Below the pieces are notes generated by a model. It had not been told where the DNA came from. It did not search any database and saw nothing but the letters and a program-made list of their open reading frames with translations. The translations under genes were made by a program, and so were the position numbers. Below, piece after piece: positions 1 to 11,709 of a stretch of 64,000 bases of DNA. Numbering within the stretch: the first letter of the stretch is position 1; every line of letters begins with the position of its first letter. This DNA is from Hyphomicrobiaceae bacterium (lineage in GTDB: Bacteria; Pseudomonadota; Alphaproteobacteria; Rhizobiales; Hyphomicrobiaceae): the NCBI GenBank assembly GCA_035565975.1, contig DATMRT010000130.1:8834-72833 (forward strand), given 5' to 3'.

Positions 1-171
1 CCCGGGAGGTTGTAGGACCCAGCCTGGCCGGCTGTGTGGCCCGCGGGCATCGAAGTGGCCGAAATCATTCTTATTCTACGCCTGACCGCCCGCCTGTCCA
101 CGGGTCTAGCGATCGTGTCGCGGAAGGGCCCCTTGCGCTGCAAAAAAGAGGGGCGTAGAAGACCGGCTTTA

Positions 172-1125
172 ATGAACACCCAGGCACACGCGTCTTTCTA
201 CTTCCCCGGGCGCCACCTCCTCACCTGCGAGGGATTGAGCGCCCAAGAGATCAATTCCCTTCTCGATCTCGCCGACCGGGCCGCCGAAACCAACCGACAG
301 GTCAACAAGAAGCGCGACGTTCTTCGTGGACGGACGCTCATCAACCTGTTCTTCGAGGTCTCGACGCGCACCCAGGCGTCCTTCGAACTTGCGGGCAAAC
401 GGCTCGGCGCCGACGTCATGAACATGAACGTCGCGACCTCCTCGATGCAGAAGGGCGAGTCGCTCATCGATACCGCGATGACGCTCAACGCCATGCGGCC
501 CGACCTGCTGGTCGTGCGGCACCATGCGGCGGGCGCGGTCGAGCTGCTGGCGCAGAAGGTCGACTGCTCGGTGATCAATGCCGGTGACGGCGCGCACGAG
601 CATCCGACCCAGGCGCTCCTCGACGCGCTGACCATCCGGCGCGCCAAGGGCCGCATCGCGGGCCTCACCGTCGCCATCTGTGGCGACATCCTCCACTCAC
701 GCGTCGCCCGCTCGAACATCCACGTGCTGAATGCCATGGGCGCGCGCGTGCGCCTCGTCGCGCCCTCGACGCTGCTGCCACCCGGGATCGAACGGCTCGG
801 CGCCGAGGTCTACACGGACATGTGGAAGGGCCTCGAAGGCTGCGACATCGTCATGATGCTGCGCCTCCAGCGCGAGCGCATGGAAGGGAACTACGTCCCA
901 ACGTCGCGCGAGTACTACCACTTCTTCGGTCTCGACCAGGAGAAGCTCGACTGCGCCAAGCCCGATGCGCTCATCATGCATCCGGGCCCCATGAACCGCG
1001 GCGTCGAGATCGCCTCTACGATCGCCGATCACTCGCGCAGCGTCATTCGCGATCAGGTCGAGATGGGCGTTGCCGTGCGCATGGCCGTGCTCGAGGCCCT
1101 GGCACGCCATCTGCCGAACCACTGA
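172..1125 (+). CDS. pyrB: aspartate carbamoyltransferase catalytic subunit
   Basis: [18 protein letters not shown] and [12 protein letters not shown] motifs; start trimmed to ATG 172. Confidence 0.97.
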   Translation: MNTQAHASFYFPGRHLLTCEGLSAQEINSLLDLADRAAETNRQVNKKRDVLRGRTLINLFFEVSTRTQASFELAGKRLGADVMNMNVATSSMQKGESLIDTAMTLNAMRPDLLVVRHHAAGAVELLAQKVDCSVINAGDGAHEHPTQALLDALTIRRAKGRIAGLTVAICGDILHSRVARSNIHVLNAMGARVRLVAPSTLLPPGIERLGAEVYTDMWKGLEGCDIVMMLRLQRERMEGNYVPTSREYYHFFGLDQEKLDCAKPDALIMHPGPMNRGVEIASTIADHSRSVIRDQVEMGVAVRMAVLEALARHLPNH

Positions 1126-1174
1126 GACGCGTGCGCTTCGTGCACGCGTGCCGGTCCAGAACGAGGGTGAGAGC

Positions 1175-2512
1175 GTGAGGCCGCCATCAGGTAGAGGTGC
1201 TGCAAAGACAAGCGCCGAAGCGGACACCAGCACCGTATTCATCAATGCCCGCGTCATCGATCCGGCCTCGGGCCGCGACGAGCCGGGGGGCTTGCTGGTC
1301 ACGGATGGCGTGATCGCGGATGTCGGTGCGCATCTGCGCCGCAATGCGCCGGCCGGCGCCACCGTCATCGACTGCAACGGCCATATTCTCTGCCCGGGAC
1401 TCATCGATGCGCAGGTCTACACCGGCGATCCCGGGCAGGAGCACCGCGAAACCCTCAAGACCGCGAGCTTTGCCGCTGCCGCCGGCGGCGTCACGACCAT
1501 CGCGTGCATGCCGGATACCGAGCCCGTCATCGATCAGGTCGCCCTCGTCGACTACGTGCAGCGTCGCGCCCGCGAACGCGCCGTGGTGCACGTCCACATC
1601 ATTGCCGCGCTGACCAAGAGCCTGAAAGGGCAGGAGTTGGCCGAGATTGGTCTCCTGCAGCGCGCCGGTGCCGTCGCCTTCTCCAACGGCAAGTCCTCGA
1701 TCGCCAATACGGGCGTCATGCGCAATGCGCTCAATTATTCGAAGGATTTCGGCGCCCTCATCATGCACCACACCGAGGATCCCTACCTCACGGAAGGTGG
1801 CGCGATGAATTCCGGCGAGGTCTCGACGCGGCTCGGCCTCAAGGGCGTGAGCAAGGCTGCCGAGACGATCGTGCTCGAACGCGACGTGCGCCTGGTCGGC
1901 ATCACCGGTGGGCGCTACCACGCCTCGACCATCTCGTGCGCGGAAAGCCTTGCCGTCGTGCGCGCGGCCAAGGGACAGGGGCTCCCGGTGAGCTGCGGTG
2001 TCTCGATCAATCACCTGACGCTCAACGAGAACGACATCGGCTCGTATCGCACATTCTTCAAGGTGCGCCCGCCGCTGCGCTCGGAGGAGGATCGTGTCGC
2101 CATGGTGCGCGCGCTCGCGGCGGGTGACATCGACGTCATCGTCTCGAGCCACGATCCGCAGGATGCCGATGTGAAGCGCCGGCCCTTCGCGGAGGCCGCC
2201 GACGGTGCCATCGGCCTCGAGACCCTGCTGGCTGCAGCTTTGCGCCTCTACCATGCCGACGAGATCGGCCTGCTGCCGCTGCTGCGCGCCATGACCATCA
2301 ACCCGGCGAAGCTGCTCGGCCTGCCCGGTGGCCGGCTCGAGAAAGGCGCGCCCGCCGACCTGTTGCTCTTCGATCCGGGGCAGCCTTGGGTCGTCGATCG
2401 CGAGCAGCTTCGCTCGCGCTCGAAGAACTCGCCCTTCGATGAGCAGAAGCTCCAGGGACGCGTGCTCAAGACCATGGTTGCCGGGCGCATGGTCTACCAG
2501 TACGGTTCGTGA
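1175..2512 (+). CDS. pyrC: dihydroorotase (PyrC/PyrX-like amidohydrolase fold)
   Basis: [31 protein letters not shown] motifs; follows pyrB; GTG 1175 start is uncertain. Confidence 0.88.
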   Translation: MRPPSGRGAAKTSAEADTSTVFINARVIDPASGRDEPGGLLVTDGVIADVGAHLRRNAPAGATVIDCNGHILCPGLIDAQVYTGDPGQEHRETLKTASFAAAAGGVTTIACMPDTEPVIDQVALVDYVQRRARERAVVHVHIIAALTKSLKGQELAEIGLLQRAGAVAFSNGKSSIANTGVMRNALNYSKDFGALIMHHTEDPYLTEGGAMNSGEVSTRLGLKGVSKAAETIVLERDVRLVGITGGRYHASTISCAESLAVVRAAKGQGLPVSCGVSINHLTLNENDIGSYRTFFKVRPPLRSEEDRVAMVRALAAGDIDVIVSSHDPQDADVKRRPFAEAADGAIGLETLLAAALRLYHADEIGLLPLLRAMTINPAKLLGLPGGRLEKGAPADLLLFDPGQPWVVDREQLRSRSKNSPFDEQKLQGRVLKTMVAGRMVYQYGS

Positions 2513-2555
2513 GCGCCCGCACTGCAATGCTGCTCACCTGACCGGACCTGCCGAG

Positions 2556-3206
2556 ATGTCTTCATCCCTCATTCTGCCCGCGCTTGCGGCGCTCGCGTTC
2601 GGCTATCTGCTGGGCTCCATTCCCTTCGGGTTTATTCTCACGCGCGCGGCGGGTCTCGGTGATGTGCGGAAAATCGGCTCGCACAGCATCGGCGCGACCA
2701 ATGTTCTGAGAACCGGCAGCAAGAAGATTGCCGCACTCACGCTCCTTCTCGACTGCCTCAAGGGCACGGCCGCCGTCCTGCTGTCATTTCTGGCGGCCGT
2801 CAGGCTGAGCGGCGCGCAGGGCATGGCATCGCAGGACCTGCTGAGCGTACTGCTGGTCCCCTGGATGGCGGGCCTCGGCGCGGTCCTCGGCCATCTTTTC
2901 CCGGTGTGGCTCGGATTCAAGGGCGGCAAGGGCATCGCCACCTACATCGGCGTGCTGCTCGGGGCGTACTGGCCGGCCGCTCTCGTCTTCTGCGGCGTGT
3001 GGATCGTGGTTGCGACGGCCACGCGCTATTCGTCTCTCGCCTCGCTGATCGGCACGTTCTGCGTCTTCATCTACTTCATGTTCATCGGTGGTCAGCTCGT
3101 GGTGCCGATCGTCGCGATCATCTCAGCACTCGTCTTCTGGAAGCACCGCGAGAACATCCAGCGGCTCATCGCAGGACAGGAGAGCCGCATTGGCGCCAAG
3201 GGCTGA
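2556..3206 (+). CDS. plsY: glycerol-3-phosphate acyltransferase
   Basis: [47 protein letters not shown]. Confidence 0.95.
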   Translation: MSSSLILPALAALAFGYLLGSIPFGFILTRAAGLGDVRKIGSHSIGATNVLRTGSKKIAALTLLLDCLKGTAAVLLSFLAAVRLSGAQGMASQDLLSVLLVPWMAGLGAVLGHLFPVWLGFKGGKGIATYIGVLLGAYWPAALVFCGVWIVVATATRYSSLASLIGTFCVFIYFMFIGGQLVVPIVAIISALVFWKHRENIQRLIAGQESRIGAKG

Positions 3207-4386
3207 TGCGCCAGATGCGCCCAGAGGCAGGACAACGGCGCCGCTCCCGGTAGCGGAGTTTGGGCCTGCCGAACGACTCGCCTGCCTGCGTCTTATCCGG
3301 ACCGAGAACGTCGGCCCCGTCACCTTTCGCGAGCTCGTCAACCACTGCGGCGGGGCCGAGCGTGCACTCGCGGCCCTTCCCGATCTCGCGCGACGCGGCG
3401 GGCGGCGCAGTGCCGTGAAGGTCTATCCGCGCGACAAGGCCGAAGCCGAGCTAGAGGCGGCGCAAAAGATCGGTGCACGGCCACTCTTCACGATCGAGCC
3501 CGGCTATCCGGCCGTCCTCGTCCATGCGGGCGTGCCACCGCCGCTAATCTACGTGAAGGGGCGCACGGAGCTCTTCGATCTGCCGGCTGTTGCCATCGTC
3601 GGCGCTCGAAACGCATCAGCGGCCGGACGCGCCATGGCGCGCCAACTCGCGATGGGTCTCGCTGCCGCCGGCCTGGCGATCGTCTCGGGGCTCGCGCGGG
3701 GGATCGACGGCGCCGCGCATGAGGCTTCGCTCGCGACAGGCACGATCGCCGTCCTCGCCGGCGGCATCGATCACATCTATCCGCCGGAGCACGAGGCTCT
3801 GCACGCACGGATCGCGGCCGAAGGCTGCCTCGTCAGCGAGCTTCCACCGGGCTTCAAAGCACGCGGTAATGACTTTCCACGCCGCAACCGCATCATCTCG
3901 GGATTGTCGCTCGGCACGGTGATTGTCGAGGCCGCGCTGCGCTCGGGCTCGCTCATCACGGCACGGCGCGCGGCAGATCAGGGCCGCGAAGTCTTCGCAG
4001 TTCCGGGCCATCCCCTCGATCCGCGCGCCGAGGGCACCAACATGCTCCTCAAGCAGGGCGCGACACTCGTCACCGCGGCGGAAGACGTTCTTGAAGCGCT
4101 CAGGCCCCAGATGGGATCGATGCCGCCGGGCGGTCTGGCGGCAGCGTCGACGCCCCCACATTTCGGGGAGGACGAGGATGCGGACCCACCCTCGTCGCTC
4201 CCGGCAGAAGCCGCGCAGCTCATCGTGCTCCAGGCCCTTGGCCCGGCCCCCGTGTCGATCGACGAGCTCGCGCGCGCCACTGGGCTCACTATTCGCGCGC
4301 TGAGGGGCGTGCTCGTCGAACTCGCGCTCGCGGGACGGATCGAGCATCAGGGCGCGCAGCTCGTCGCCTTGAAGACCGCGCTGTGA
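3190..4386 (+). CDS. dprA: DNA-processing protein DprA
   Basis: [43 protein letters not shown]; probable TTG start overlapping the plsY end. Confidence 0.93.
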   Translation: MAPRADAPDAPRGRTTAPLPVAEFGPAERLACLRLIRTENVGPVTFRELVNHCGGAERALAALPDLARRGGRRSAVKVYPRDKAEAELEAAQKIGARPLFTIEPGYPAVLVHAGVPPPLIYVKGRTELFDLPAVAIVGARNASAAGRAMARQLAMGLAAAGLAIVSGLARGIDGAAHEASLATGTIAVLAGGIDHIYPPEHEALHARIAAEGCLVSELPPGFKARGNDFPRRNRIISGLSLGTVIVEAALRSGSLITARRAADQGREVFAVPGHPLDPRAEGTNMLLKQGATLVTAAEDVLEALRPQMGSMPPGGLAAASTPPHFGEDEDADPPSSLPAEAAQLIVLQALGPAPVSIDELARATGLTIRALRGVLVELALAGRIEHQGAQLVALKTAL

Positions 4387-4416
4387 AGACCAACATACAG
4401 CAGCGCAGTCCTGACC

Positions 4417-4617
4417 TCACCTGCGCTGCGCCTGAATGATGGCCTCACGATAGGCGACGACGAGGATCCCTGCGAGCGTTGCGCAGCCGAGGTTGTCCGC
4501 GATCTCCTTGAGTTCGAGTGTGAGGTCGGCAAGGTACTCGAGCTGGTCGGAGCGCGAGAGCTTGTCCAGCGGTTCGACGTCGTCCTCGGAAACTCTGTTT
4601 GGCGCAATCGCAGTCAT
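4417..4617 (-). CDS. small hypothetical protein (66 aa)
   Basis: GGAGG about 10 nt upstream on the minus strand; helical pattern LEYLADLTLELKEIA; no overlap with other genes. Confidence 0.6.
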   Translation of the reverse strand: MTAIAPNRVSEDDVEPLDKLSRSDQLEYLADLTLELKEIADNLGCATLAGILVVAYREAIIQAQRR

Positions 4618-4761
4618 GATAGAAAGGCCCTCCGTCTCGATAGAATAAGGTTGCCCTTAGAGAAATACGCAATCTATGGTTGCATTACAATCCCCGGCGG
4701 AAGGCGCGGCGAAAGGTTGTACACCATCCTCACCGATCTGGTCGGACGTCGAGTGTGCCGC

Positions 4762-4777
4762 GTTAATGCGCTGATAA
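4762..4777 (-). promoter_or_regulatory. putative CtrA box (1 mismatch)
   Basis: minus strand TTAT-CAGCGCA-TTAAC vs consensus TTAA-N7-TTAAC, in an AT-rich divergent intergenic region. Confidence 0.4.
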
Positions 4778-4924
4778 TACGAATAAACTTAAAGCTGCCT
4801 GCTGGCGATGGCGTCGCGGCTGTTTGACAGGCCCCGCGCCATCACCCATGTTCTCGCGCAATCATCCGGCCTCGGCGGCAGTGGGCGCCCCCGGCGCCAG
4901 CCCCCAAAATGGCATTGGGATCCA

Positions 4925-7687
4925 ATGAACATCGTCATTGTCGAATCGGCCGCCAAGGCCAAGGCAATCAACAAGTACCTGGGCTCTGCCTTCAAGGTCA
5001 TCGCGAGCTATGGGCACATCCGGGACCTGCCGTCCAAGGACGGGTCGGTCGAGCCCGACAAAGACTTTGAAATGCACTGGGACGTCGACGGGCGCGCCGC
5101 CAAGGTCGTGCGCGAGATCGCCGCTGCCGTCAAAGGTGCCGACAAGCTCATTCTGGCCACCGACCCTGATCGCGAAGGCGAGGCCATCTCCTGGCACATT
5201 CTGAAGGTGCTCGAGGAAAAGAAAGCGCTCAAGGGCATCCCCGTCGAGCGCGTGACGTTCAACGCGGTGACGAAGCAGTCCGTGCTGGATGCCATGAAGG
5301 CGCCGCGCGCCATCGATTCACCGCTCGTCGAGGCCTATCTCGCACGCCGCGCCCTCGATTACCTGGTGGGCTTCACCCTCTCGCCCGTGCTTTGGCGCAA
5401 ACTGCCGGGCTCGCGTTCGGCGGGACGCGTGCAATCGGTGGCGCTACGGCTCGTCTGCGACCGCGAGCGCGAGATCGAAGCCTTCAAGACCGAAGAGTAC
5501 TGGACGATCGAGGCCCTGCTCGCGACGGCCAAGAACGAGGAGGTGCGCGCGCGCCTCACGGCCATTGCCGGCACGGCACTGAAGAAGCTCGACATCAAGG
5601 ACGGCGCCTCCGCAAACGCGATCAAGGCGGCCATCGAGAACGGCGACTTCGTCATCACCTCCGTCGACAAGAAGGCGACGCGGCGCAATCCGGCGCCCCC
5701 CTTCACGACCTCGACGCTGCAGCAGGAGGCTTCGCGCAAGCTCGGCTTCTCGGCAAAGCAGACCATGAACGTCGCCCAGCGGCTTTATGAAGGTGTCGAC
5801 ATCGGCGGCGAGACGGTCGGCCTCATCACCTACATGCGAACGGACGGCGTGCAGATCATCCCCGAGGCGATCGGCCCGATCCGCCGCTCGATCGAGGACT
5901 CGCTCGGCAAGCGTTACGTCGCGCCTTTCATTCGCGAGTACAAGACCAAGGCCAAGAACGCGCAGGAGGCGCACGAAGCGATCCGTCCGACCGACGTCTC
6001 GCGCCGCCCGGAGCATGTGGCGAAGCACATCGAGCGCGACCAGGCGCGGCTCTACGAGCTGATCTGGAAGCGCGCGGTCGCGAGCCAGATGGCCTCCGCC
6101 GAGCTCGAGCAGACGACCGCCGAGATCGAAGTCAAAGGCCGTGACGGCAAGGTCTATGGCCTGCGCGCGACGGGATCGGTGGTGCTCTTCGACGGCTTCC
6201 TCAAGTTGTATGAGGAGGGCCGCGACGAGGAGGATGAGGAGAGCCGCCGCCTGCCGGCGCTGGCCCAAGGCGATCACCTCAAGGACCGCGGCATCGACGC
6301 CAAGCAGCACTTCACCGAGCCGCCGCCGCGCTACACCGAGGCGACACTCGTCAAGAAAATGGAAGAGCTCGGCATCGGCCGTCCCTCGACGTACGCCTCG
6401 ACGCTCGCCGTGCTCGAAGACCGTGGCTACGTCAAGATCGACCGCAAGCGCCTGATCCCCGAGGACAAGGGCCGTCTCGTCACGGCGTTCCTCGAAGCCT
6501 TCTTCAAGCGCTACGTCGAGTACGACTTCACGGCTGAGCTCGAGGAAAAACTCGACCTCATCTCGGACCACCAACTCGACTGGAAGCAGGTCCTGCGCGA
6601 CTTCTGGAAGGACTTTACGGGCGCGGTCGACGAGACCAAGGAGCTGCGCGTCAGCGACGTGCTCGAAGCGCTGAACGAGCTGCTGGGACCGCACATCTTC
6701 CCGGACAAGGGCGATGGCACGGATCCGCGCGCCTGTCCGAGCTGCGGCGAGGGCCGTCTCTCGCTCAAGACCGGCAAGTTCGGCGCCTTCATCGGCTGCT
6801 CGAACTACCCCGAGTGCCGCTTCACGCGTCAGCTCGCGGACGTCAACAACAACGGCGAGGAGGCAGCGAACCCGGACGGCAAGCTGTTCGGCTATGATCC
6901 CGAAACGGGCCTCGCCGTCACACTGCGCACGGGTCGCTTCGGTGCGTATGTGCAGCTCGGCGAGCAGGGACCGGACAAGGCCGACAAGCCGAAGCGCAGT
7001 TCGATTCCCCGCGGCATCGATGTGGCGTCGGTCGATCTGGAGAAGGCGCTGCAGCTCCTGAGTCTGCCGCGCGAGGTTGGCCTGCATCCGGAGACGGGCA
7101 AGCAGATCATGGCCGGCCTCGGCCGCTACGGGCCCTTCATCCTGCATGATGGCATGTACGCGAACCTGGAGTCCGTCGAGGACGTCTTCACGATCGGGCT
7201 CAATCGCGCGGTGACCATTCTCGCGGAGAAAGCCGCAGGCGGCGGCAAGGGTCGCTTCCAGCGCGGCAAGCCGACCGTGCTCAAGGATCTGGGCGCGCAT
7301 CCCGATGGCGGCGGGAACATCCAGGTGCTGTCGGGGCGCTATGGCCCCTACATCAACTACGCCAAGATCAACGCCAATGTGCCCAAGGGCAAGGAGCCGA
7401 CCGCTGTCACCGTCGAGGAGGCGATCGCCCTTCTCGCCGAGCGCGCGGCCAAGGGCGGCGGCAAGGCGGGCAAGGGGCGCAAGGCACCGAAGAAGGCGGC
7501 GGCGGAAACCTCTGGCCAGAAAAAGCCGGCCAAGAAGGCTCCGGGAAAATCGGACAAGGCACCGGAAAAGAAGGCGCCAGCCAAGAAAGCGCCGGCGAAG
7601 AAGACAGCCAAGCCTGCCGCCGAGAAGGCTCCCGCAAAGAACAAGCCGAAGAGCGCATCACCGCGCCGCCGTGATGCTGCCGAATAG
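4925..7687 (+). CDS. topA: DNA topoisomerase I with C-terminal repeats and Lys/Ala-rich tail
   Basis: VIVESAAKAK, ATDPDREGEAI, SAGRVQS, LITYMRTDG, EAHEAIRPT. Confidence 0.98.
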   Translation: MNIVIVESAAKAKAINKYLGSAFKVIASYGHIRDLPSKDGSVEPDKDFEMHWDVDGRAAKVVREIAAAVKGADKLILATDPDREGEAISWHILKVLEEKKALKGIPVERVTFNAVTKQSVLDAMKAPRAIDSPLVEAYLARRALDYLVGFTLSPVLWRKLPGSRSAGRVQSVALRLVCDREREIEAFKTEEYWTIEALLATAKNEEVRARLTAIAGTALKKLDIKDGASANAIKAAIENGDFVITSVDKKATRRNPAPPFTTSTLQQEASRKLGFSAKQTMNVAQRLYEGVDIGGETVGLITYMRTDGVQIIPEAIGPIRRSIEDSLGKRYVAPFIREYKTKAKNAQEAHEAIRPTDVSRRPEHVAKHIERDQARLYELIWKRAVASQMASAELEQTTAEIEVKGRDGKVYGLRATGSVVLFDGFLKLYEEGRDEEDEESRRLPALAQGDHLKDRGIDAKQHFTEPPPRYTEATLVKKMEELGIGRPSTYASTLAVLEDRGYVKIDRKRLIPEDKGRLVTAFLEAFFKRYVEYDFTAELEEKLDLISDHQLDWKQVLRDFWKDFTGAVDETKELRVSDVLEALNELLGPHIFPDKGDGTDPRACPSCGEGRLSLKTGKFGAFIGCSNYPECRFTRQLADVNNNGEEAANPDGKLFGYDPETGLAVTLRTGRFGAYVQLGEQGPDKADKPKRSSIPRGIDVASVDLEKALQLLSLPREVGLHPETGKQIMAGLGRYGPFILHDGMYANLESVEDVFTIGLNRAVTILAEKAAGGGKGRFQRGKPTVLKDLGAHPDGGGNIQVLSGRYGPYINYAKINANVPKGKEPTAVTVEEAIALLAERAAKGGGKAGKGRKAPKKAAAETSGQKKPAKKAPGKSDKAPEKKAPAKKAPAKKTAKPAAEKAPAKNKPKSASPRRRDAAE

Positions 7688-7707
7688 GACCAACCGAAAG
7701 AGCGCGC

Positions 7708-10044
7708 GTGCCGAAGAAGCAGAAGCGCCGTGAGAAGCCCGACCGGCCGAGCCGGTCGGAGAAGCCGCGCGCGCAACCCAAACGTGCCCCCCTGCCGACG
7801 CGCGAGCAGCTCCTCGAATATCTCTCAACGACCACCGAGAAGGTCGGCAAGCGCGAAATCGCCCGCGCCTTCAACATTCGCGGCGAGGATCGCATTGCGC
7901 TGAAGGCGCTTCTTTCCGAGCTTTCGAGCGAAGGCGCGATCGTCGGCAACCGCAAGGCCGTCAAGCCGCGCGGCAAGCTGCCGCCGGTCGGCGTCCTCGA
8001 AATCATCGCCCGCGACGATGAAGGCGAGCTCGTTGCGGTGCCGGCGAATTGGGAAGCCTCCGAAGGCGAGCGGCCGAAGATCCTCGTGCAGCAAGGACGC
8101 CGCGCCATCGGTCCGGATGGCAACGGCGCATTGTCGATCGGCGATCGCATTCTCGCCCGCATCGGCCGCATCCGCGATAGCGATCCCTTCGGCTACGCGC
8201 ACGAGGCCGAGCCGATCAAGCGTCTGCCCCGCGAGCGCAAGCGTCTCCTCGGCATCTTCCGCGCCGCACACCGCGGCGGCGGCGGCATGATCGATCCGAT
8301 CGATCGCAAGGACCTCAAGGAATGGCCGGTCCGCCCCGGCAACGAGGGCGATGCCGATGATGGCGAACTCGTGCGCTTCGACATCGTGCGCCGCCATCGC
8401 GAGGGTGTTCCCGAGGCCCGCGTCGCCGAGCGGCTCGGCAACCCGCAGGATCAGCGCCAGATCAGCCTGATCGCCATCCATGCGCACGGCCTGCCTGACA
8501 GTTTCCCGGATGCCGTGCTCGCCGAGGTCGAGGATCTGCCGCCGATCGAGACGCAGGGTCGCCTCGACCTGACCAAGCTGCCACTCGTCACGATCGATCC
8601 CGTCGATGCGCGCGACCACGACGATGCCGTGCTTGCCGAACCCGACGCCGACCCGGGAAACGACGGCGGCTTCATCGTGACGGTCGCCATCGCCGACGTC
8701 GCGCACTATGTCCGCTCCGGTATGCGGCTTGATCGCGAGGCGAAGACGCGCGGCAACTCCGTCTATTTCCCCGATCGCGTCGTGCCGATGCTACCGGAGC
8801 GCATCTCCAACGACCTCTGCTCGCTGCGCGAAGGCGAGGTGCGCCCCTGTCTCGCCGCGCGCATGGTCTTCGATCGCCACGGCGACAAGCGGCGCCACAC
8901 GTTCCATCGCGCGCTCATGCGCTCGGCTGCAAAGCTCTCGTATCAGGAGGCGCAGGCGGCCATCGACGGAAACCCGAGCGAGCGCGCCGCGCCCATGCTC
9001 GAGAAGGCGCTGAAACCGCTCTGGTCGGCCTATGCCGCGCTCTCGGCGGCACGCGACCGGCGGGCGCCGCTCGACCTCGATCTCCCCGAGCGCAAGATCG
9101 AGCTCGGCGAGGACGGCATGGTCCGGCGCGTGCACGTCCCCGAGCGCCTCGATGCACATCGCCTCATCGAAGAATTCATGATCCAGGCCAATGTCGCGGC
9201 CGCCGAGACGCTGGAGCAGGCGCGTGCCCCGGTCGTCTATCGCGTGCACGACAAGCCGAGCCCCGAGAAACTCAAGTCACTGCGCGAGCTTCTGGAGGGC
9301 TTGGATCTCAGTTTCCCGCCCGGCGATCACGTACGGCCGAAGCATTTCAATGCCGTTCTCGCCCGCGCCAAGGACCAGCCCTATGCCGAGTTCGTCAACG
9401 AGGTGATCCTGCGCGCGCAGGCGCAGGCCGTGTACGACACCGCGAACCTCGGTCACTTCGGGCTCAATCTTCTCAGGTACGCGCACTTCACATCGCCGAT
9501 CCGCCGCTATGCCGATCTCCTCGTGCATCGCTCGCTGATCGCGGCACTGAAGCTCGGCGCCGGCGGCATGACGCCGGAAGAGAAGCCGGGCCTCAAGGCG
9601 ACGGCCAAGGACATCTCGGATGCCGAGCGCCGCGCCATGGTTGCTGAGCGCGAGACGATCGATCGGCTGATCAGCGCGTTCCTCGCCGATCGCGTGAATG
9701 CCGAGTTCCCGGGCCGCATCTCCGGCGTCACACGCTCGGGACTTTTCGTGCGGCTCAGGGATACGGGTGCCGATGGTTTCATCCCGGCATCCACGCTCGG
9801 CGGCGGCGAGTTCTGGCGCCACATCGAGGAAGCGCACGCGCTGATCGGCGACCGGAGCGGGCGCGGGTTTCGCCTCGGCGACGCCGTCGAGGTGCGCCTC
9901 GTCGAGGCCATTCCCATGGCCGGCGCCCTGCGCTTCGAGATGCTGACCGAGCCCGGTCCCATGCCCGGTCACCATGCGGGCCGCGGCGGCGGCGCGCACC
10001 GGCGGGGGCCACGGATCGGCAATCGCCGCCATAGGCGCCGCTGA
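7708..10044 (+). CDS. rnr: ribonuclease R
   Basis: TIDPVDARDHDDA, HFTSPIRRYADLLVHR, C-terminal S1 domain. Confidence 0.96.
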   Translation: MPKKQKRREKPDRPSRSEKPRAQPKRAPLPTREQLLEYLSTTTEKVGKREIARAFNIRGEDRIALKALLSELSSEGAIVGNRKAVKPRGKLPPVGVLEIIARDDEGELVAVPANWEASEGERPKILVQQGRRAIGPDGNGALSIGDRILARIGRIRDSDPFGYAHEAEPIKRLPRERKRLLGIFRAAHRGGGGMIDPIDRKDLKEWPVRPGNEGDADDGELVRFDIVRRHREGVPEARVAERLGNPQDQRQISLIAIHAHGLPDSFPDAVLAEVEDLPPIETQGRLDLTKLPLVTIDPVDARDHDDAVLAEPDADPGNDGGFIVTVAIADVAHYVRSGMRLDREAKTRGNSVYFPDRVVPMLPERISNDLCSLREGEVRPCLAARMVFDRHGDKRRHTFHRALMRSAAKLSYQEAQAAIDGNPSERAAPMLEKALKPLWSAYAALSAARDRRAPLDLDLPERKIELGEDGMVRRVHVPERLDAHRLIEEFMIQANVAAAETLEQARAPVVYRVHDKPSPEKLKSLRELLEGLDLSFPPGDHVRPKHFNAVLARAKDQPYAEFVNEVILRAQAQAVYDTANLGHFGLNLLRYAHFTSPIRRYADLLVHRSLIAALKLGAGGMTPEEKPGLKATAKDISDAERRAMVAERETIDRLISAFLADRVNAEFPGRISGVTRSGLFVRLRDTGADGFIPASTLGGGEFWRHIEEAHALIGDRSGRGFRLGDAVEVRLVEAIPMAGALRFEMLTEPGPMPGHHAGRGGGAHRRGPRIGNRRHRRR

Positions 10045-10203
10045 CCGCGTGATAGGTTCGGGCAATACGCGCCCGCGTGCCGCACCCAGCCATGCCGGTT
10101 GCGGCATGGACCTGAGCGCGGTTAGCCACTATCTCCTGATTATGCGACATGCTGACTATTCAGGCAGCGCTGCTGCCGCAGTCGCGAGGTGGAAGGGCAG
10201 ACG

Positions 10204-10683
10204 ATGACCCACACGCAGCACTACGAACCCCGCCGCGCGACCGACCCGCTCGCCCCCCGGGATACCGGGCAAGCCATGTGGCGCGGCACGCTCGCAAAGT
10301 GCCCTTCCTGCGGCGAGGGACATCTCTATCGCGCCTACCTCAAGGTTGCCGATACGTGTGACCATTGCGGGGAAGAGCTGCACCACCAGCGCGCGGACGA
10401 CGCGCCGGCCTATTTCACGATTTCGATTGTCGGGCACATCGTCGTCGCCGGCGCGCTCATCATGGAGCGTGCCCTTGCACCAGCGACCTGGGTGCACATG
10501 GCCGTCTGGCTGCCGCTGACGCTCTTCCTGAGCCTTGCCATGCTTCCGGCCGTGAAGGGGGCCCTCATCGGCCTTCAGTGGTCGAAGCGCATGCATGGCT
10601 TTGGCGGGACACCCGATGAGCCCGAGCCCGAACCGGTCGCGGCCACCAGTCGCCCGGCTGCCAATGCCGGGGGCGCGCGTTGA
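10204..10683 (+). CDS. DUF983-family membrane protein
   Basis: CPSCGEGHLY..CDHCG, RADDAPAYF, two TM helices; usual neighbour of rnr in Alphaproteobacteria. Confidence 0.85.
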   Translation: MTHTQHYEPRRATDPLAPRDTGQAMWRGTLAKCPSCGEGHLYRAYLKVADTCDHCGEELHHQRADDAPAYFTISIVGHIVVAGALIMERALAPATWVHMAVWLPLTLFLSLAMLPAVKGALIGLQWSKRMHGFGGTPDEPEPEPVAATSRPAANAGGAR

Positions 10684-11504
10684 GCGAGAACGAGTCGTTT
10701 AAGGCTCTCGTTGCCGAGCGCGCTGCAGCCAAGACCGCCACACCAGGAACGAAGTCCAGCCAGCCGACGCTGCGCCCGCGCGATGCGGCAACGCTCATCA
10801 TCATCGACAGCGAGGGGGCGGCACCGCGCGTCCTACTCGGAAAGCGCCGCGACGATCTCAAGTTCATGCCCGGAAAGTACGTGTTTCCGGGTGGCCGCCT
10901 CGATGCCGACGACAAGACGATGACCGCAGCACGCGAGCTGCGTCCAAACGAGATCGACAAGCTCCTGCTCGATATGAAGGGCCATCCGAGTGCCGCCCGC
11001 GCGCGTGGCCTCGCCATGACGGCCGTGCGCGAGACGTTCGAGGAAGCCGGCCTCATCATCGGCGGCGCCCCGCCTGCGTCGGCGGCTGAGGTCGTGCCTC
11101 CGGCCGAGAACCCGTCACTCGAGAGCCCCGCATCCAAGAGCTGGCGCCAGTTCCAGGCGCACGGCTTCGTGCCCGACCTCGCGCCGCTGACCTTCCTCGC
11201 GCGCGCGATCACGCCGCCGGGCCGGCCGCGCCGCTTCGATACGCGCTTCTTCTGCGTCGAGGGTGCGGCCATCGCCAAAACCACCGATCACAACGACGGC
11301 GAGCTCTCCGGCCTCGTCTGGATGACGCTGGTCGAGGCCCGCGAACTCGATCTGCCGCCGATCACGCGTGTCATCCTCGAGGATCTTGCCGAGCGCATAG
11401 CCAAGCGCTCGCTTCATGATCCGTCGGTACCCATCCCATACTACTTCAACCGGCATGGCACCTTCCGGCGCGAGATGCTGCATCTCGCCGCGCCAACTGC
11501 CTGA
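10680..11504 (+). CDS. NUDIX hydrolase
   Basis: FMPGKYVFPGG, AVRETFEEAG, RRFDTRFF. Confidence 0.88.
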   Translation: MSENESFKALVAERAAAKTATPGTKSSQPTLRPRDAATLIIIDSEGAAPRVLLGKRRDDLKFMPGKYVFPGGRLDADDKTMTAARELRPNEIDKLLLDMKGHPSAARARGLAMTAVRETFEEAGLIIGGAPPASAAEVVPPAENPSLESPASKSWRQFQAHGFVPDLAPLTFLARAITPPGRPRRFDTRFFCVEGAAIAKTTDHNDGELSGLVWMTLVEARELDLPPITRVILEDLAERIAKRSLHDPSVPIPYYFNRHGTFRREMLHLAAPTA

Positions 11505-11709
11505 TGGCGACCGCTTTTCCGACACATTTCCGACGCCCTTAGGCGCGCCGCGAGCATAAGATCACGTCTTGTTCTCGCGTCGACCGTGCCGAACCCCTCC
11601 TATTGCGGCTTTGTGACGCGAAATTTGTGGCCATTTTCAAGCCGCTCTTGAATCCAATTCAGACGTCGTGGTTGACGACGGCGGTTGCCGCTGCTTGTGT
11701 TGGGCCGCC

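Noticed and set aside
3206-3253. ATG coupled to the plsY stop, suggesting a frameshifted dprA
   Set aside because: It opens only a 15-aa frame; dprA is intact in its own frame from an upstream TTG, so no frameshift is needed.
7440-7687. Lys/Ala repeat tail of TopA
   Set aside because: A common feature of alphaproteobacterial TopA, not novel.
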